A stretch of 64,000 nt of DNA, from the NCBI GenBank assembly GCA_023450835.1, contig JAEXGM010000014.1:49045-113044 (forward strand), read 5' to 3'. The position numbers were made by a program, and so were the translations under genes. Position 1 is the stretch's first letter. The number at the start of each line of letters is the position of its first letter. Below the pieces are notes generated by a model. That model worked only from the letters and a program-made list of their open reading frames with translations. It was not told the origin of the DNA and did not search any database. Shown here one piece after another: positions 61,510 through 64,000 of this stretch. Origin of the DNA: Bacillota bacterium. Lineage in GTDB: Bacteria; Bacillota; Clostridia; Lachnospirales; Lachnospiraceae.

Positions 61510-62181
61510 CTATTCCTCCTTCAGCATCGTTACCATGTCATTTCCACAGATGATATAAACATCCTTTGTTGCCCGGATGCTTAAGCCACAGACAGGACAT
61601 GTGTATTTTCTTGTCGAACATTTCTTTTTAACAGGTTTTTGTATGCCATCCTCCCCACCACCGTCAGTACCAATACCGGGACTTCTCCCAGTTCCTATAC
61701 CCATATAAGTGTAGTCCTCCCGATAAATGGTAATGTCCACTAAACCATTTTTTTCTACCCAGTTACAAAGTGCCTCGGAGGGTTCCGTAATTGTCCATCC
61801 ATAACTTGGATGCTTGCTTATCAATAAATCTCTTGTTTCTGCTATTTCTTTAAACTTCCTTGTATGATAAACTCCATTCTTTGAAACATCTGCTATTCCG
61901 TTTAGGAAAGCATACAAATGACAGGATTCATGCATTAACGTAGCCACCACGTTAACAATGGGTCTGTTCAAGTATGCAGCCGATACATTGATTTCATGCT
62001 GATGGTCATATCCAGTATCCCAGCATTTCCCTAAACTAAAATGTCCAAAGGTACCTGCCTTCTTTTGAATTGTTATCGTTACATCACATAGTGAATTGTT
62101 AAAATAATCTTGATTGATTAAACCGTATATTTCTTTTAAATATTTTGCAGCTGTCGCATAATCAACTATTTCATGTTCCAT
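61510..62181 (-). CDS. SprT-like zinc metalloprotease domain protein
   Basis: TLMHESCH (HExxH), YHTRKFK, C-terminal CPVC...C zinc ribbon. Confidence 0.85.
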   Translation of the reverse strand: MEHEIVDYATAAKYLKEIYGLINQDYFNNSLCDVTITIQKKAGTFGHFSLGKCWDTGYDHQHEINVSAAYLNRPIVNVVATLMHESCHLYAFLNGIADVSKNGVYHTRKFKEIAETRDLLISKHPSYGWTITEPSEALCNWVEKNGLVDITIYREDYTYMGIGTGRSPGIGTDGGGEDGIQKPVKKKCSTRKYTCPVCGLSIRATKDVYIICGNDMVTMLKEE

Positions 62182-62679
62182 CTTATAGCCTCCCTAAAAT
62201 GCACTTATAATTTTTCTGAAATGCACTTTATTTTTCACTATAAAATAAAAATAGGTGTACCGATTTCAGTACACCTACATTTTTGACAGACACCATATAA
62301 AATTCAAAAAAATCCATATTCAAAACCGTAATACCGTAATTTTTACAAAGCATCTTTTACACCCAGTTAACAACCCCTGACATATTAAAACCATAAAAAA
62401 AGCCGCTACATAACCAAAGTGAATGGATTTTATTTCATAAAATCTCCACTTATCAGTCATATAACGGCCATTTTTAATTTTTCCGCAAGTCGTGTAAATC
62501 GACTTATGCAACCTCTGAAATCCCTGATTTTACTGGACTTAATCCAGTGTACAGGGCATTAAAGCGATATGCATTTCTCAGAAACTTCGATATTACTTAC
62601 ACCATCTAACTATACAACTAAAATCAGTGAAAACCTACTTTCATTGTACCATTGTTTTACATTATAAAGAAAACGTGTC

Positions 62680-63561
62680 TCAATTTAAGCCATTTATGTC
62701 ATTATTTATGCTTATAACTATTATATTTTTTGAATTGTATGCCATTTGTATTAGAAAGTTATTTTCATTATCCTTATGATTAGAACTTTTTAATCCTTTT
62801 ATACTGTCTGATATACTCTTTGCCAACTTAAAGTCAATTGGCTCACCTATTTTTAAATCTATCAGTGCATTACCAAATTGCTCAATACTTGGTACCCCTG
62901 CATAATCCTCATATGAAGTTCTAGAATTTCGCAATAGGTTCATCTGGCTAGTATCAACACTTACAGTTGATTTACAACTCCTACTTGGAATTATTTTAGG
63001 TTTTATTATATCCGCTGAAGCGTATAACATATCATAATGATTACCTTTTGTATAAAATACTCCGTATGATGTAATAGATTTTACTTTTGGAGATAATAAA
63101 AAATTATAATTTATACCTTTATATTTAAAAGGAATATTGCTTGAAAACAATTCATGTTGTAATAATTCAGCTTCGAACTCTCCTCCAATCATTCTGGTCA
63201 AATCTTCTTCCTTTTTATATTGCATCAGAAAAAAACGTGCTTCAGCTTTTATCTCATCATAAATGAGATAAAAAGCATCTGCAAGTTCTCTTCGTACTCT
63301 ACCAGTTTTACTTTTTTTATAAGCCCCAGAAACCACCCAGCCTTTAGTACTAATAAATGTAACTTGTGAACGCCCACCATGTACTAATGTTGTATTATAC
63401 TTAATTTTTGTAGGTCTCAGCCTATTCATAATAATCAAAGAATCCTGCAATTTTGTAAATAGTTCTTGTTCATAAAATGGATGATTCATATGTTTCGTTA
63501 AATTACCAAATATACTATCCAGCTCTTTACCAAAGTTAAACGTCAATTTGCTTGTCTCCAA
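62680..63561 (-). CDS. Hypothetical protein, possible PD-(D/E)xK-like nuclease
   Basis: RELADAFYLI...RFFLMQYKK pattern. Confidence 0.5.
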   Translation of the reverse strand: METSKLTFNFGKELDSIFGNLTKHMNHPFYEQELFTKLQDSLIIMNRLRPTKIKYNTTLVHGGRSQVTFISTKGWVVSGAYKKSKTGRVRRELADAFYLIYDEIKAEARFFLMQYKKEEDLTRMIGGEFEAELLQHELFSSNIPFKYKGINYNFLLSPKVKSITSYGVFYTKGNHYDMLYASADIIKPKIIPSRSCKSTVSVDTSQMNLLRNSRTSYEDYAGVPSIEQFGNALIDLKIGEPIDFKLAKSISDSIKGLKSSNHKDNENNFLIQMAYNSKNIIVISINNDINGLN

Positions 63562-63621
63562 TCATTCTAATACACCACATTTACATATCTTTATAAATTT
63601 ACTATCCTTATTTTTGAAAGA

Positions 63622-64000
63622 CTAATCATTGCAAGTTTTCTTTAATAAAACCAATAAATCATCTGTATTTGTCGACATAGAAAGTTGAGGTATTTCATTC
63701 AAATAATGAATAAAGTTATTCAATGTCATTGAAGCAAATGCCGTAAGCTTCTCAATTTCTCCGTATGTAATATTATTTTCCCCAAGATCCATTTGATTTT
63801 TATACAAAAAATATTTTCCATCACTATGTGCATATATTTTATCTCTTTGATGTTTTAATTTTTTTAGTATATGTTTTAATTCATTGAATTCATTAATACT
63901 CGTTTTAATCAATTCTTTAGGTTCATCACCTATAGGTACTCCGTTATATAATGGATTCTGTAATAATTTAGTATGCATCTCCATCATATTGATAAATCTA
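63622..64000 (-). CDS. HEPN-like (AbiU2-type) protein, probably partial at the window edge
   Basis: LKHQRDKIYAHSD motif; the reading frame stays open to the window end. Confidence 0.55.
   Translation of the reverse strand, partial: RFINMMEMHTKLLQNPLYNGVPIGDEPKELIKTSINEFNELKHILKKLKHQRDKIYAHSDGKYFLYKNQMDLGENNITYGEIEKLTAFASMTLNNFIHYLNEIPQLSMSTNTDDLLVLLKKTCND

Larger units (their letters stand above)
22470..64000. mobile_element. Large integrative element / genomic island (right end beyond the window or not found)
   Basis: Abrupt shift to AT-rich sequence, tyrosine integrase plus excisionase-like gene, R-M system, resolvase, many hypothetical genes, arm-type repeats at the left edge. Left boundary approximate. 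Confidence 0.85.

Noticed and set aside
62480..62640. Definite attR of the island
   Set aside because: No direct repeat of the left-boundary sequence was found by eye, and island-like genes continue beyond it.
27172..64000. Prophage
   Set aside because: No recognisable terminase, portal, capsid, tail or lysis genes.

Overview
Window from a low-GC Firmicute, most likely a Lachnospiraceae-type clostridium (inferred from gene content). Positions 1 to about 22.4 kb look like core chromosome. They hold a type II fatty-acid synthesis operon (acpP-fabK-fabD-fabG-fabF-accB-fabZ-accC-accD-accA), an ECF sigma factor, a putative glycoside hydrolase, a chemoreceptor, an OpuC/OsmF-type ABC transporter operon that also encodes a 4Fe-4S protein and an O-acetylhomoserine sulfhydrylase, a LysM-GH18 spore protein, ynfA and a SEC-C protein. 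From about 22.5 kb to the right edge is a visibly more AT-rich integrative element that begins next to a candidate structured ncRNA. It carries a HEPN-motif protein, an AlwI/MlyI-like restriction-modification pair, a tyrosine integrase with an excisionase-like gene, a second adenine methyltransferase, a 1462-aa FtsK-like ATPase with a C-terminal hydrophobic anchor, large secreted proteins, Ig/LRR surface proteins, a LytTR/GHKL pair, a resolvase and further nuclease-like genes. I saw no relaxase, VirB4/T4SS or phage structural genes in the window. The element has its own recurring DNA motifs: a TGGTATTTGGTAT family, two G-quadruplex-like tracts and direct repeats with 21-23 bp period. The most promising lead is an integrative element that may be transferred by an FtsK-type translocase rather than by a T4SS. 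All assignments were made by eye; no database searches were run.
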